From: Malacoraja senta
Lineage: Eukaryota
Length of the DNA stretch: 64,000 bases
Assembly (NCBI GenBank): GCA_038087875.1
Contig: CM075995.1
Span: 5,334,001-5,398,000 of the forward strand
Reading direction: 5' to 3'
In this document: piece by piece, positions 44,546-57,554 of the stretch
Position numbering within the stretch: the first letter of the stretch is position 1
Layout of the letters: every line of letters begins with the position of its first letter
Position numbers and translations under genes: made by a program
The notes under the pieces: model-generated
Databases searched by the model: none
What the model was told of the DNA's origin: nothing
What the model saw: only the letters and a program-made list of their open reading frames with translations

Positions 44546-46375
44546 TACATAGAAACATAGAAAATAGGTGCAGGAGTAGGCCATTCGGCCCTTCGAGCCA
44601 GCACCGCCATTCATTGTGATCATGGCTGATCGTCCCCAATCAATAACCCGTGCCTGCCTTCTCCCCATATCCCTTGATTCCACTAGCCCCTAGAGCTCTA
44701 TCTAACTCTCTTAAATCCATCCAGTGATTTGGCCTCCACTGCCCTCTGTGGCAGGGAATTCCACAAATTCACAACTCTCTGGGTGAAAACGTTTTTTCTC
44801 ACCCATCTTAAATGACCTCCCCTTTATTCTAAGACGGTGGCCTCAGGTTCTGGACTCGCCCAACATTGGGAACATTTTTCCTGCATTTAGCTTGTCCAGT
44901 CCTTTTACAATTTTATATGTTTCTATAAGATTCCCCCTCATCCTTCTAAACTCCAGTGAATACAAGCCTAGTCTTTTCAATCTTTCCTCATATGACTGTC
45001 CCGCCATCCCAGGGATCAATCTCGTGAACCTACGCTGCACTGCCTCAATCACAAGGATGTCCTCCCTCAAATTAGACCAAAACTGTACACAATACTCCAG
45101 ATGTGGTCTTACCAGAGCCCTATATAACTGCAGAAGAACCTCTTTACTCCTATACTGAAATCCTTTTGTTATGATGGCCAACATTCCATTAGCTTTCTTC
45201 ACTGCCTGCTGTACCTGCACGCCAACTTTCAGTGACTGGTGTACAAGTACTCCCAGGTCTCGCTGCACCTCCCCCTTACCTAACCTAACCCCATTGAGAT
45301 AATAATCTGCCCCCTTGTTTTTGCCGCCAAAGTGGATAACCTCACATTTATCTATATTATACTGCATCTGCCACGCATCTGCCCACTCACTCAACCTGTC
45401 CAGGTCACCCTGCAACCTCCTAACATCCTCTTCACACTGCCACCCAGCTTTGTGTCATCCGCAAACTTGCTAGTGTTGCTCCTAATTCCCTCTTCCAAAT
45501 CATTAATATATATGGTAAACAGTTGCGGCCCCAACACCAAGCCTTGCGGCACTCCACTCGCCACTGCCTGCCATTCTGAAAAGGACCCGTTCACTCCTAC
45601 TCTTTGCTTCCTGTCTGCCAACCAATTTTCTATCCACGTCAACACCCTACCCCCAATACCATGTGCTCTAATTTTAGTCACCAATCTCCCGTGCGGGACC
45701 TTATCAAAGGCTTTCTGAAAGTCTAGATCCACTGGCACCCCTTCATCCATTTTACTTGTCACATCCTCAAAAAGTTCCAGAAGATTAGTCAAGCATGATT
45801 TCCCTTTCATAAATCCGTGTTGACTTGGACTAATCCTTTTACTGCTTTCCAAATGCCCCATTATTACCTCTTTAATAATTGACTCTAGCATCTTTCCCAC
45901 CACCGAAGTCAGGCTATCTGGTCTGTAATTCCCCGTTTTCTCTCTCGCTCCTTTCTTGAAAAGTGGGATAACATTAGCTATCCTCCAATCCACACAAACT
46001 GATCCTAAATCTATTGATCATTGGAAAATGATCACCAATGCATCCACTATTTCTAGAGCCACCTCCCTGAGGACCCTGGGATGCAGACCATCAGGCCCAG
46101 GGGATTTATCATCCTTCAGTCCCATTAGCCTACCCAATACTATTTCTCGCCTAATGAAAATTTCTTTCAGTTCCTCTACCCCCTTAGATCCTCTGTCCTC
46201 CAGTACATCTGGGAGATTGTTTGTGTCTTCCTTAGTGAAGACAGATCCAAAGTACCTATTCAACTCTTCTGCCATTTCCTTGTTGCCCATAATAATTTCA
46301 CCCGTGTCTGCCTTCAAGGGACCCACATTTGACTTTGCTACTCTTTTTCCCTTAACATATCTAAAGAAGCTTTAA
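44546..46375 (-). mobile_element. 5'-truncated degenerate CR1
   Basis: Frameshifted RT ORFs 44843-46326; (TTCTATGT)n tail. Confidence 0.93.
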
Positions 46376-46387
46376 AATGATGAGGGA

Positions 46388-47173
46388 TAGGTGGTGTTGT
46401 GGATAATGAAGTAGATTTCCAAAGTCTACAGAGAGATTTAGGCCATTTGGAAGTGTGGGCTGAAAGATGGCGGAGTTTAATGCTGATAAGTGTGAGGTGC
46501 TACATCTTGGCAGGACAAATCAAAATAGGACGTACATGGTAAATGGTAGCGAATTGAGGAATGCAGTTGAACAGAGGGATCTAGGAATAACTGCGCATAG
46601 TTACCTGAAGGTGGAATCTCAAGTAGATAGGGTGGTGAAGAAAGCTTTTGGTGTGTTGGCCTTTATAAATCAGAGCATTGAGTATAGAAGTTGGGATGTA
46701 ATGTTAAAATTGTACAAGGCATTGGTGAGGCCAATTCTGTAGTATGGTGTACAATTTTGGTCGCCAAATTATAGGAAAGATGTCAACAAAATAGAGAGTA
46801 CACAGAGGAGATTTACTAGAAAGGTTGAACAAGTTAGGTCTTTATTCTTTGGAGCGCAGAAGGTTAAGGGGGGACTTGATTGAGGTCTTTAAAATGATGA
46901 GAGGGATAGACAGAGTTGACGTGGATAAGCTTTTTCCATTGAGAGTTGGGAAGATTCAAACAAGAGGACATGATTTGAGAATTAAAGGACAGAAGTTTAG
47001 GGGTAACATGAGGGGGAACTTCTTTACTCAGAGAGTGGTAGCTGTGTGGAATGAGATTCCAGTGGAAGTGGTGGAGGCAGGTTCGATTTTATAATTTAAA
47101 AATAAATTGGATAGGTATATGGACGGGAAAGGAATGGAGGGTTATGGTCTGAGTGCAGGTAGATTGGACTAGG
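46388..47173 (+). mobile_element. 5'-truncated CR1 (element-B subfamily); its 3' UTR resumes at 50392-50478
   Basis: Very similar to 25915-26820. Confidence 0.92.
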
Positions 47174-47183
47174 GACTAGGGAC

Positions 47184-50100
47184 AAGCATTTTATAATAAA
47201 GAGAACCGGATGAAACAACAAACATTGGAAAGGGAAATAAAGCAACTAGATATAGAAAATGCGAGAATGCCATCTACGTTAAAACATAATAAAATTGCTG
47301 CATTGAAATATAAATTAAACAAAATGTATTCAGAACATGTAATAAAGCTTTATCAACACACTAAACAATTACATTTTGAGTTCGGAGACAAACCTCAAAA
47401 ATTATTAGCACGTCAGCTACGAAAAATGCAGGGGGAAAAAATAATTCATAAAATTAGAACAGATACAGGAGAATTATTAAAACTGCCCAAGGACATAAAC
47501 GAGAGATTTCTCCAATACTATCATAATCTTTATTCAACTAAAACTGTAGTACAACCAGAAGGAACAGCAGAATGTTTACAAAAATGTAATTTAAAAGGTC
47601 TAGACTCAAAAGATAGAGAATTATTAGAAGCGGAGATTACGATAAAAGATATTGAAGTCTATTGGATCTTTAAAAAATGGTAAAGCAGTAGGACCAGATG
47701 GTTTAGGCTCTGAATTTTATAAAAAATTGTATGACTTGATCTCTCCACGTTTACAAAGGTTGTGTGAGCATATTTATACTCAACAGAAACTCCCAGATAC
47801 CTTAAACGAATCTATAATAACACTTATTCCAAAAGCTGATAAGGATCCAGAAGATCCAGGATCATATAGAGCAATTGCACTTTTAAATACAGATCAAAAA
47901 ATACTAACTAAAATTTTAGCGCACAGATTAAGTAAAGTGATGAATAAATTAATACACCCTGACCAAACAGGCTTTATTCAGAAACGGTATTCATATTTTA
48001 ATTTGAGAAGATTATTTAATATAATATACTCAAAGAGAATTATTAATGAAGATCTAGCAATAATCTCACTTGACGCTGAAAAAGCTTTTGATCAGGTGGA
48101 ATGGCCGTATTTATTTTCGGTGATGGAAAAATTACAGCTGGGCGATAAATTCTGCGCATGGATAAAACTGTTATATACCAACCCAACGACTAGAATATTA
48201 ACAAACCAAAGGTTATCATCTAAATTCAACTTATCTAGAGGTTACAGACAAGGATGCCCGTTATTTCCATTATTATTTGCGCTTGTTATCGAGCCACTCG
48301 CAGAGTTAGGACTCATCCGGAAATATATGGATATAACACAAAGGATACAGTGAATAAAATTTCTCTATATGCAGATGATGTATTAATTTACATTACAAAA
48401 CCAGAAATTAGTATTCCAAATTTACTAAAGCTAATAACCCAATTTGGGTCACTTTCTGGATATAGAATAAATTGGAATAAAAGTGAAATTATGCCAATAA
48501 GGGAACATAATAAACATATAACACAATTCCCGTTTAAAATAGTAAATGAAAAATTTAAATACCTAGGAATTTATGTCACTAAGATATATACATCATTATT
48601 TAAAGCAAATTTTCCCCCATTACTGAATAAACTACAAAAGAATATTCAGTACTGGAAAACTCTTCCTTTCTCAATGCTTGGTAAAATGAATGCCATAGAA
48701 ATGATTTTCTTACCGCAAATATTATACCTATTTCAAACAATTCCAATATACTTGCCAACATTTTTTTTTTAAGTTGGACTCCACTGTCAGTGATTTTATC
48801 TGGGATTATAAGAATCACAGGATAAGCAAAAAGCATCTGTGTAAATCGAAAATAAACGGAGGTTTGGTTTTACCAAACTTTTTGTTTTATTTTTGGGCAG
48901 TTAACATTAAAAATATGAATTTTTGGCTGGAAGAAATAGATCAACAACCAGATTGGTTAAAAATGGAAAAGGAAGATTGTTCACCATTTGAAATCGGCTC
49001 GATAATATTTGCTACTTCTAAATTAAACAAAAAAATTTATAGGGAAAATCCTATAATATATAGTGCTATGCGAATTTGGAAACAATTAAAAAATACATTA
49101 AAATTAGATAACATATCACTTTTTCTTCCAATCGCGAATAATCCTTTATTTAAGCCCTCATGGGTGGATTAACAATGGAAAAACTATGGAATTAAAAAGA
49201 TGGGACAACTTTACAAGGAAGGCACTTTTCTTTCATTTCAGGAATTGCAACAGACTTATGGACTTCAAGTAAATGATTTCTTTAGATATCTTCAACTTAG
49301 AGATTATGTAAAAGCAAATACCCAAAACTTTAGAATTAGAAATTCAGAAATTCTTGATCACTGTTGGAATAAACATCCTAATACAGAAAAATTAATATCT
49401 TATATATATAATATTTTATTAGATAGTGAAATTCCATCGACGGATTTACACAGACAAACATGGGAAAAAGAACTAAATCAAATAATAACGAAAGATACTT
49501 GGGAAGAAAGTTTACAACACATACATCAATGTTCATTAAATACCAGACACTCTCTAATACAATTTAAAGTAATACATAGGTTACATTATTCCAAAACAAA
49601 ATTAAATAAAATCTTCCCACATATCTCACCTATATGTGATAAATGCCAACATTTAGAGGCTAATTTATCTCATATGTTTGCAAATTGCATAAAAATTAAA
49701 AAATTCTGGGCAAATATTTTTTAGAATAATATCTAATGTGACGAGCACTCAATTGGACCCGGATCCAAAATTAATAATACTAGGAACATTAGAATTAAAT
49801 CAAACATTTACAACAACTCAAAGAAACTTTATTGATTATAGTATAATAACTGGGAAAAAATTAATTCTAAAATTTTGGAAAGGCCCTATAACCCCCACAA
49901 TCAAAATGTGGATTATAGAAATGACGGAGACCCTACACTTGGAAAGAATTAGACTTGTCCTGTTGGACAAACAAGAACTATTCGTTGGAACATGGTCTCC
50001 CTTTATTGATTATTTAAAGGGTCAGAACGGTTCAGCACGCGAACCTGACTAACACTCGAGCCAAGGAATAGATGAAATGTTCGGAAATGTACGAATATAC

Positions 50101-50391
50101 CTCGTAGGAAGTTTGTTATCTTAGTAAGTTATTCCATTTATTATCTCTTTCTTTTTTGTTCTCTTTGTTTCTTTTCTTTCTCTTCTTTTCTCTCTCTTCT
50201 CTCTTTACTTCATCTATCTTTTTAGTTCTATTTAGTTTTTAAAAAAAAGAAAAAAAAAGAAAAAAGTATTGGAGACAATGGAATAAGATTTGACAACATT
50301 ACTAATTTAAAAATGTAAGACTGGAAATGATTTTAATATGAAATGTATGTATCTCCAATAAAAAATATTCTTAAAAAAATAAATAAAAAAA
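47184..50391 (+). mobile_element. 5'-truncated, decayed L1-clade LINE
   Basis: ORF2 pieces GDKPQKLLARQL, YRAIALLNTDQKIL, SLDAEKAFD, LYADD, C-terminal CxxC...H; AATAAA at 50357 and A-rich tail; TSD AGAT(T/G)GGACTAGG. Confidence 0.93.
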
Positions 50392-50554
50392 AGATGGGAC
50401 TAGGTGAGCGTAAGTGTTCGGCACGGACTAGAAGGGCCGAGATGGCCTGTTTCCGTGCTGTAATTGTTATATGGTTACAGAAAGTTGTGATGTGATGAGT
50501 GATCCACGCCTCTCTGCACAGGAAACAGGGCATTCATCTCAATGTTGCCGACCT

Positions 50555-50745
50555 GACACACAGACATACATGCATGCAGATACACACATACGCATGCACA
50601 CACACGTAGACACAAACACACACACATGGACACATACACATGCACACGCGTAGACACAAACACAGACACATGCATGCACACACATACATACACTGACATA
50701 CACATACACACACGCACATACACATATAGACACACACATGCACAG
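50555..50745. repeat. Imperfect (CA)n tract
   Basis: Direct reading. Confidence 0.95.
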
Positions 50746-50789
50746 AGTCTCAACAAAATCAACAGCTCCTTGGTAATAAATCTGTTTCT

Positions 50790-50825
50790 TTTATTGTAAA
50801 CTGCAAGATTCCAAGGACATTTATT
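50790..50825 (-). terminator. Candidate ELMO1 polyadenylation signals
   Basis: AATAAA on - strand at 50820-50825 and 50790-50795, followed by GT-rich sequence, ~1.05 kb after the stop codon. Confidence 0.65.
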
Positions 50826-51324
50826 CAGCTATTACAAAGTGGCAAAGGAAGATTACAATACCCAGATGTGCATTTCCAATAAAATATATATGCAACAAGG
50901 CAAAACTGGTCAAACATTTTCATATATATAACATATATAAAAAATGCTTTCTTGTAAATTCTTTTACACTGAAATAATACAACATTTTACATAATACTGG
51001 CAGTTTGGTATGTTTCACAAAAAAAAAACACTCATGCAATAAAGGTGCCTTACTCGACAGAGAATCAAAGCCATGACCATATGTTTTAGTTTAATAGGGA
51101 ATTAAATCTTTCCTTTTTAAGTGTGATCCATATTAATGAGCTACAATGTTACTGGCATCACAATGTAAGCTTTCTCTACTGAATGAAGTGAGCAGCTGGC
51201 TGGTCTATTCTGAGAGGGCAACTTTGATATATTTACAGACCTGGGTCGATTTTGGGTGCCTTGAATCGCAAAATACTGATCATTTATATGCTTTTGATGT
51301 GTAGATCAAGAAAGATAAAGATCC

Positions 51325-51525
51325 AAAGATAGACGCAAAAATCTGGAGTAACTCAGCGGGACAGGAATCGGTGACGTTTCAGGTAGAGACGTCAGTCTGA
51401 AGAAGGATCTCGACCTGAAACGTCACCAATTCCTTCTCTCCAGAGATGCTGCCTGCCCTGCTGCCTAACTCCAGCTTTCTGTGTCTATCTTCGGTTTAAA
51501 CCAGCATCTGCAGTTCCTTCCTACA
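51325..51525. mobile_element. Palindromic Penelope-derived insertion in the ELMO1 3' UTR
   Basis: Imperfect inverted arms of the same family as 34910-35125. Confidence 0.8.
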
Positions 51526-51869
51526 CAAAATAATGATCCATCTCGCCTCCTCAATACCACCCCTTGTCGCCCTTGTCACCCTGGCAACAGAGTGCAAAGG
51601 GCAATCTCAAGATGCTGCCAGAAACTAAGGCCGTGGCAGGAAGGACACATCAAAGAGTTGATTCCCCCTCTCAGTGGAGACTAATACTGTGACAAAATCA
51701 TTGCCTTTAATGACACAGAGACTCATTAGGTAACAATTTGGTCGAGCTGAACATTAGTAGAGGCTGGAGAGCAGCAGGAAGGTCGATAGGTAGCAAGAGG
51801 CAATAACAAAAGAGAGGCATTTCCAGGTGATGCTGATTCCAGTTTATACTCATAACTGTGTCCCCGTGT

Positions 51870-52070
51870 TTAGTTACAGTCGTAAACAAAGTCATAGTTG
51901 CTCGGTTCCTTGGGGATGGGCGGCGGGGCCTCTGGAATTTGGATATTTTCCAGGTCGAGGAGGCGGAGCTTCATCTCCATGCTGAGGAGCGTGTCGAGGT
52001 CATTCTTGGTCAGTTCGCTCATCATCTCCTTCCCGAGCAAAGCGTTCAGCCCATCGGTCCACACGCAGTA
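51870..52070 (-). CDS. ELMO1: Engulfment and cell motility protein, last coding exon (end of PH domain and PxxP tail, 66 aa)
   Basis: [66 protein letters not shown]; (CT)n-cccag acceptor. ELMO family is secure; WTDGLN and the YDCN end favour ELMO1 over ELMO2. Confidence 0.9.
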   Translation of the reverse strand, partial: YCVWTDGLNALLGKEMMSELTKNDLDTLLSMEMKLRLLDLENIQIPEAPPPIPKEPSNYDFVYDCN

Positions 52071-52644
52071 CTGGGAGAGAGAGAGAGAGAGAGAGAAAAG
52101 GACAGGCGGCAATGAGAACACTGGTCAACCTTGCACAGGGTAAACGGCACAAGAACAGGGTGTGCCCACGCCAGCAGTTAGTTCAGTTTATTGTTAAGTT
52201 TAGTTTGTTGTCACGTGTACGGATGTACAGTGAAAAATCTTCTGTTGCGTGCTAACCAGTCAGCAGAAAGGCAAATCATGATTACAATAGTGGGATTTAC
52301 AGTGCATTATAAGGGAATTATGTTTAGTATAAAGTAAAGCCAGCAAAGTCCGATCAAGGATAGTCCAAGGGACACCAATTAGATAGATAGTAGTTCAGCA
52401 CTGCTCTCTGGTTGTGATAGGATGATTAATTTGCCTGTTATACACCGTGCAAGCTTCCTCTGATCTGAAGAAGGGTCTCGACCCAATACGTCACCTATTC
52501 CTTTTCTCCTGAGATGCTGCCTGACCCGCTCAGTTACTCCATCTTTTTGTGTCAGTCTTCCTCTGGTCTGTCAGCTAAACTCTCTGTTCCCTTCTCTCTC
52601 GTGTGCTTTTCCAGGCCCCATTGAAATGTAAATGTACTCATTTA

Positions 52645-52955
52645 GGGCGGCACGGCGGTAGAGTTGCTGCCTTACAGCGAATGCAGCGGCAGAGACCCGG
52701 GTTCGATCCCGACTACGGGTGGTGTCTGTACGGAGTTTGTACGTTCTCCCCGTGACCTGCGTGGGTTTTCTCCGAGAACTTTGGTTTCCTCCCACACTCC
52801 AAAGACGTACAGGTTTGTAGGTAAATTGGCTTGGTAAATGTAAAAATTGTCCCTAGTGGGATCGCTGTGTTAATATGCGGGGATCGCTGGTCGGTGAGGA
52901 CCTGGTGGGCCGAAGGGCCTGTTTCCGCACTGTATCTCTAAACTAAAACTAAACG
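52645..52955 (+). mobile_element. V-SINE
   Basis: Head, box B, central domain and tail. Confidence 0.88.
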
Positions 52956-53039
52956 AAACTTCCATCCTGCTCTCAATTGATTGGTTAGCACGCAACAAGA
53001 GCTTTTCACTGTACCCTGGTACGCATGATGATAAACTAA

Positions 53040-53285
53040 ACAAAATTCACTAGGAACTATCTCTGACACCTCTCTCTCCTTTCTTGATCTCTCTGGTTCT
53101 ATCTCAGGGGACAGACTAATGACTGCATTTACTATAAACCCACAAAGTCCCAGTTATCTGGACTGCACCTCCTCCCACCCCCCATCTTGCAAACATGCCA
53201 TCCCCAGAGATGCTGCCTGACCTGCTAAGTTCCCCCAGCACTTTTTTTGTTTTCTTTCGTGAATCAGGCGTCTTCAGTTCCACTT
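53040..53285 (+). mobile_element. Penelope-like RT relic fused to a 3' end (internal deletion)
   Basis: With frameshifts reads TISDTSLSFLDL...ISGDRL...YYKPT...SYLDCTSSHPPSCKHAIP. Confidence 0.7.
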
Positions 53286-53569
53286 CTACCTCTCCCTGCA
53301 GGAAATAGTTCCACGTTCTCATAGTCGTTTGGGTAAAGAGGCGGCTCTGCATGCCCTATTATGGGTGACTATCGTACATGGATGGCTTCTAGTTACGCTC
53401 CTCTCCTGTAGAAACCTATGGCAACAATACTCCCAGTGTGGTCTAACCAAGAGATATCTTCAATATAACTTATCTACCGGGCAAATCTACCCCTCTAGAA
53501 ATATATCCTATTGTTTAGTTTGATTTCTTTGTGGTCCCGTTCACCTTTGGCACAACTTTTCATGTAGAT

Positions 53570-55205
53570 ACAAGGAACTGCAGAAAAAATCCTACAGAAC
53601 TTACAAAAAAGGACACAAAGTGCTGGAGTAACTCAGGGGCTCAGGCAGTATCTCTGGAGAATGTGGATAGGTGACCTTTGGGGTCGGAACCTTTCTTCAG
53701 ACGTCTGAAGAAGGGGCCGACCCGAGACGTCACCAACTACGTTCTACAGGAATGCTACACAACCTTACATGATTGGTGGGTGTACTTGTACCCCAGTATT
53801 CCTTGTGCCTTTTCTCCACCTAGACTTGCACTTCCCAAGTAATAAAATGACCTCTTCATTCTTCCAACATGTTCTGCCTCACATTTAACATTGCTGAACA
53901 TGCCTACCCGAAACATCACCTATCCATGTTCTCCAGCCTGACCTGCTGAGTTACTCCAGCACTTTGTGTCCTTTTATGTATTAACCAGCATCTGCAGTTC
54001 TTTGCTTTTATATTGCTGGCAATTTATTAATTCTGTAAGTTTATTAATGCATTCACATTATTTGTTGAAGTCCTTCTCAGTATTGTCTCCACAATATGGC
54101 TTTATCTGCATATTTAAAAATTACATTCATGCTTCCAAAATCTAAACTGTTAATGTGAATTGAGAAAAGCCGATGTGAATTGAGAAAAGTTCAGACACCG
54201 ATATTTGTGTAGCCCCTCTATGCATCTCCGACAACTGTGAAGAATTGTCCTTTAAGGTCTTGTTGCTTTCGGTCTTAAAGCCCGTGAGCTATCCACTCTC
54301 CTAACGTCCCTTGATTCTGCTTTGTCCATTAGCAGGTACCTTATTGGTGCCTAACGACAATCCAGATGAATTACATTCACTATATTATCCTCACTGTCAC
54401 CCTGCAAAAAGTTCAATAAAAATATAAGCAAGCAACAATTGAAATATATTGATCATTCTTTCTTAGTTATTCTTCCATTTTCTCCTTGGTAGCAAATCCA
54501 ATATTTTTCATAATATCAATATTACACTGACATGGTGTGTTGTTATCTTCCTCGAATTCCATCTTCTTAAACATAGATACTATGTTAGCAATCCATTAGT
54601 GTCTGGCATCAAATCATTTTCCAACAGATTATTCCATTCATCTCATAATGACTCAGCTCTCTCTTTGTTAGGTTCTTTTAAAATGCATAACTTTACACTA
54701 TCCAGACTCAGGATATTTATCCATTTTGAGCTTGATAAGCTTCTGCAATCTATAGTCTCTTACTATTTAAATCTATTTTTCTTATAATTCAACTCATTGT
54801 CCAATCTCATGCCATCTGTTTTATCTTCCTGCTAAATATCCAAATGATATTAGAAGTAAGGAGAGGTTGGAAGGAACTGCAGATGCTCGTTTATACCGAA
54901 GATAGACACAAAGTGCTGGAGTAACTCAGCGGGTCAGGCAGCATCTGAAGAAGGGTTACAACTCAAAATGTCACCCATCCTTTTTCTCCAGGTGCTTTAA
55001 CTCACCTTTAAGTTAACTTAAAGGCAAGTTAAAGCATCTTTAACTCAGCAGGTGCTGCCCGACCAGCTGAGTTACAATAGACAATAGGTGCAGGAGTAGG
55101 CCATTCGGCCCTTCATGGCTGATCATCCCCAATCAGTACCTCGTTCCTGCCTTCTCCCCATATCCCCTGACTCCGCTATTACTCCAGCACTTTGTGTCTA
55201 TCTTT
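53570..55205. mobile_element. Several Penelope-derived ends (~53570-53755, 53905-54005, 54870-55205) amid an old antisense CR1 relic
   Basis: AAGGAACTGCAGA...GACACAAAGTGCTGGAGTAACTCAG motifs; small CR1 3' end at ~55076-55180. Confidence 0.7.
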
Positions 55206-55462
55206 GGACAGACTAGGATTGCTTTCTCTGGAATTTCAGAGGTTGAAGGGGGATCAGATAAAAGTAAATACAATTATGAAGGGCATGGATATGGTACGTC
55301 AGAACCTTTTTTACCAGGGTGGAAATGTAAAAGATTAGAGGGCATAGCTTTAAGATGAAAAGGGGCAAAGTCTAAAGGAGGTATGTGGGGCAAGTATCTT
55401 TTACACAGTAAGTGGCGGGTGCCTGGAATGGGCTGCCAGGGGTGGCGGTGGAGGCAGGTACA

Positions 55463-56530
55463 ATTCAGATTCAGATTCAGATTCAGAAAACTTTATTGTC
55501 TGTCGTAACAGAAAATCTTCTTTGGCGTGGCTCAACATACAAACAGGACAATGTACTGATAAGCTGTCATACAACACAGATTTCTGCGAGCACACACCGT
55601 GTGTATAGATCTTAAAAGCAAGTATAAGGATTAAAAACTGTAAAAATAGACAAGATGAAAGTTGTGGATTATTGTAAAGTGACAGTGCGTCAGGGTTAAT
55701 TTGTCCATTGTTCATTTTTTATTTAAGCTGTTTATGGCAATGGGTATGAATGAGTTTTTGTGGATGTTTTTCTTAGATAGGGGGACTTTATATCGGCGGC
55801 CTGATGGCAGAAGTTGGAAGGACTTGTGCAGGGGGTGGGTGGGATCCTGTGTAATGAGGTTGGCTTTCCTTTTAACTGCCTGGGTGTGAAGTACTGATAA
55901 TTGATTTTGAGTTTTGCCAGTTATTTTGCTTGCTTGATTGATGATCCGGGAAAGCTTTGATTTGTCTTTGACAGAGGTGAGGGTGAACCAGGATGTGATG
56001 TTAAAGGTGAGTACAGATTCTATAAGTGATTTATAGACAGCTGTTAAAATGTCCTGTCTGACATCAAATCTCCTGAGTTTTCTCAGCAGGAACAGGCGTT
56101 GCTGTGCCTTCTTGTACACAGAGTCTGTGTGCTGGGAGTAGGACAGGCGGGTGTCAATCTCTGTGCCCAGGTATCTAAAGGCCTCTACCTGCTCAACTGT
56201 CTGCCCATTCAGCCTCAGAGGTTCAAAGAGAGGTTGGGGGGAAGATGTCCGCCTCCCCCCACAACATAGCTCCTTGGTCTTGGAGATGTTAAGCTCCAGA
56301 GAGCTCTCTTTGATCCACAGCATCAGGGTGTTGACCTGCTGATAGTAGGCAGCCAGAGAAGTGTGATCCTTGATGTGGGCCACCAGGGCCATATCGTCTG
56401 CATACTTAAAAAGGGAAATGTCACTGTTATTGTTTGTTATGTTGTTTGTGTAGATGGAAAATAAAATCGGTGATAAAACACAACCCTGGGGGACACCAGT
56501 GTTTAAAATCATGTTCTTGGATTTAAAACA
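55463..56530 (-). mobile_element. Rex/Babar-like LINE, 5'-truncated, with an open RT C-terminal frame (55712-56551)
   Basis: NTGVPQGCVLSP, KYADD, FRYLG, AQQRLFLLRKL, DPTHPLH; (TCTGAA)n tail. Confidence 0.88.
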
Positions 56531-57554
56531 ATAGTGGCATTTAAGCCACATGATTATGTAGGTAATGAGGGGTACGGATCATGTACTCCGATACTTTCCT
56601 CCTGATGATAGAAGTGCAATGAGAGTGTGCCTAGGGTGCTGCTGGTCTTTGTTGATATTGGTTGCCTTTTTGAGGCAGCACCTCCAATGGATCCCAGCAA
56701 TGGCGGGAAGTCAGCATACGTGATGGTCTGGGCAGTGTCCACCACTCTCTGTAATCTCCTTAGTTCCTGGACGTTCGAATAGAGGGATATAGATCACGTG
56801 TCGTCAGATGCGATTAGTTTGTCTTGGAATTAAGTTAGGTACAGACATTGTGGGCTGATGGGCCTGAACCTATGCTGTACTCTTCTAAGTTCTATGTTCT
56901 ATGAAATAATAAACGGATATTTTGGCCTTGGCATTTATTTTTGTTCCTGAATGGCTCATTCCCATCTAGACTTTATAATTGATGTGTGTGAAAAGATTTA
57001 TGTTCCCTTGCAACATCATTTCATTGTTCCTTTTACTCTATAATTATTATTTTTGTTTTAATTCTTAGAATGTTTTGTACTCTCTTATTCATGGCTCTCT
57101 CTCTCTCTGTTGTCTTTATATTCCAAATCTGTCAATAACGTCATTATAAAAAAAAAATTCTGCTTGTTCTCCAATATCTTCTACAATCTTCTACAACTTT
57201 CATCGAACCCAGTTTCCAACCATCAGGCAACATTTTACGGTGATTGAAATCTGACTACCAATACAAAATTTGACCTGAGTTGGTGATTATTTTGTTTTAT
57301 TAAAAATATACAATATGCCCATGGTAAGACTGCGAGCTGATATTTGCTTACAATGCAGATCAATTTAATGGATCTCAGACACAACTGTCTGCATTTGGCC
57401 CATATCCCTCTAAACCTTTTCGTATCCATGTACCCATCCAAATGTTGTTATAGTACCTGCCTCAACTACCTCCTTTGGCAGCTCGTTCGAAAGACTCACC
57501 ACCCACTGTGTGAAAACACTGCCTCTTGTGTTCCTGTTCAATCTTTCCCCTCTG

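Noticed and set aside
52071..52121. N-terminal [17 protein letters not shown] of the 83-aa ELMO ORF
   Set aside because: Intronic pyrimidine tract upstream of the splice acceptor, not coding
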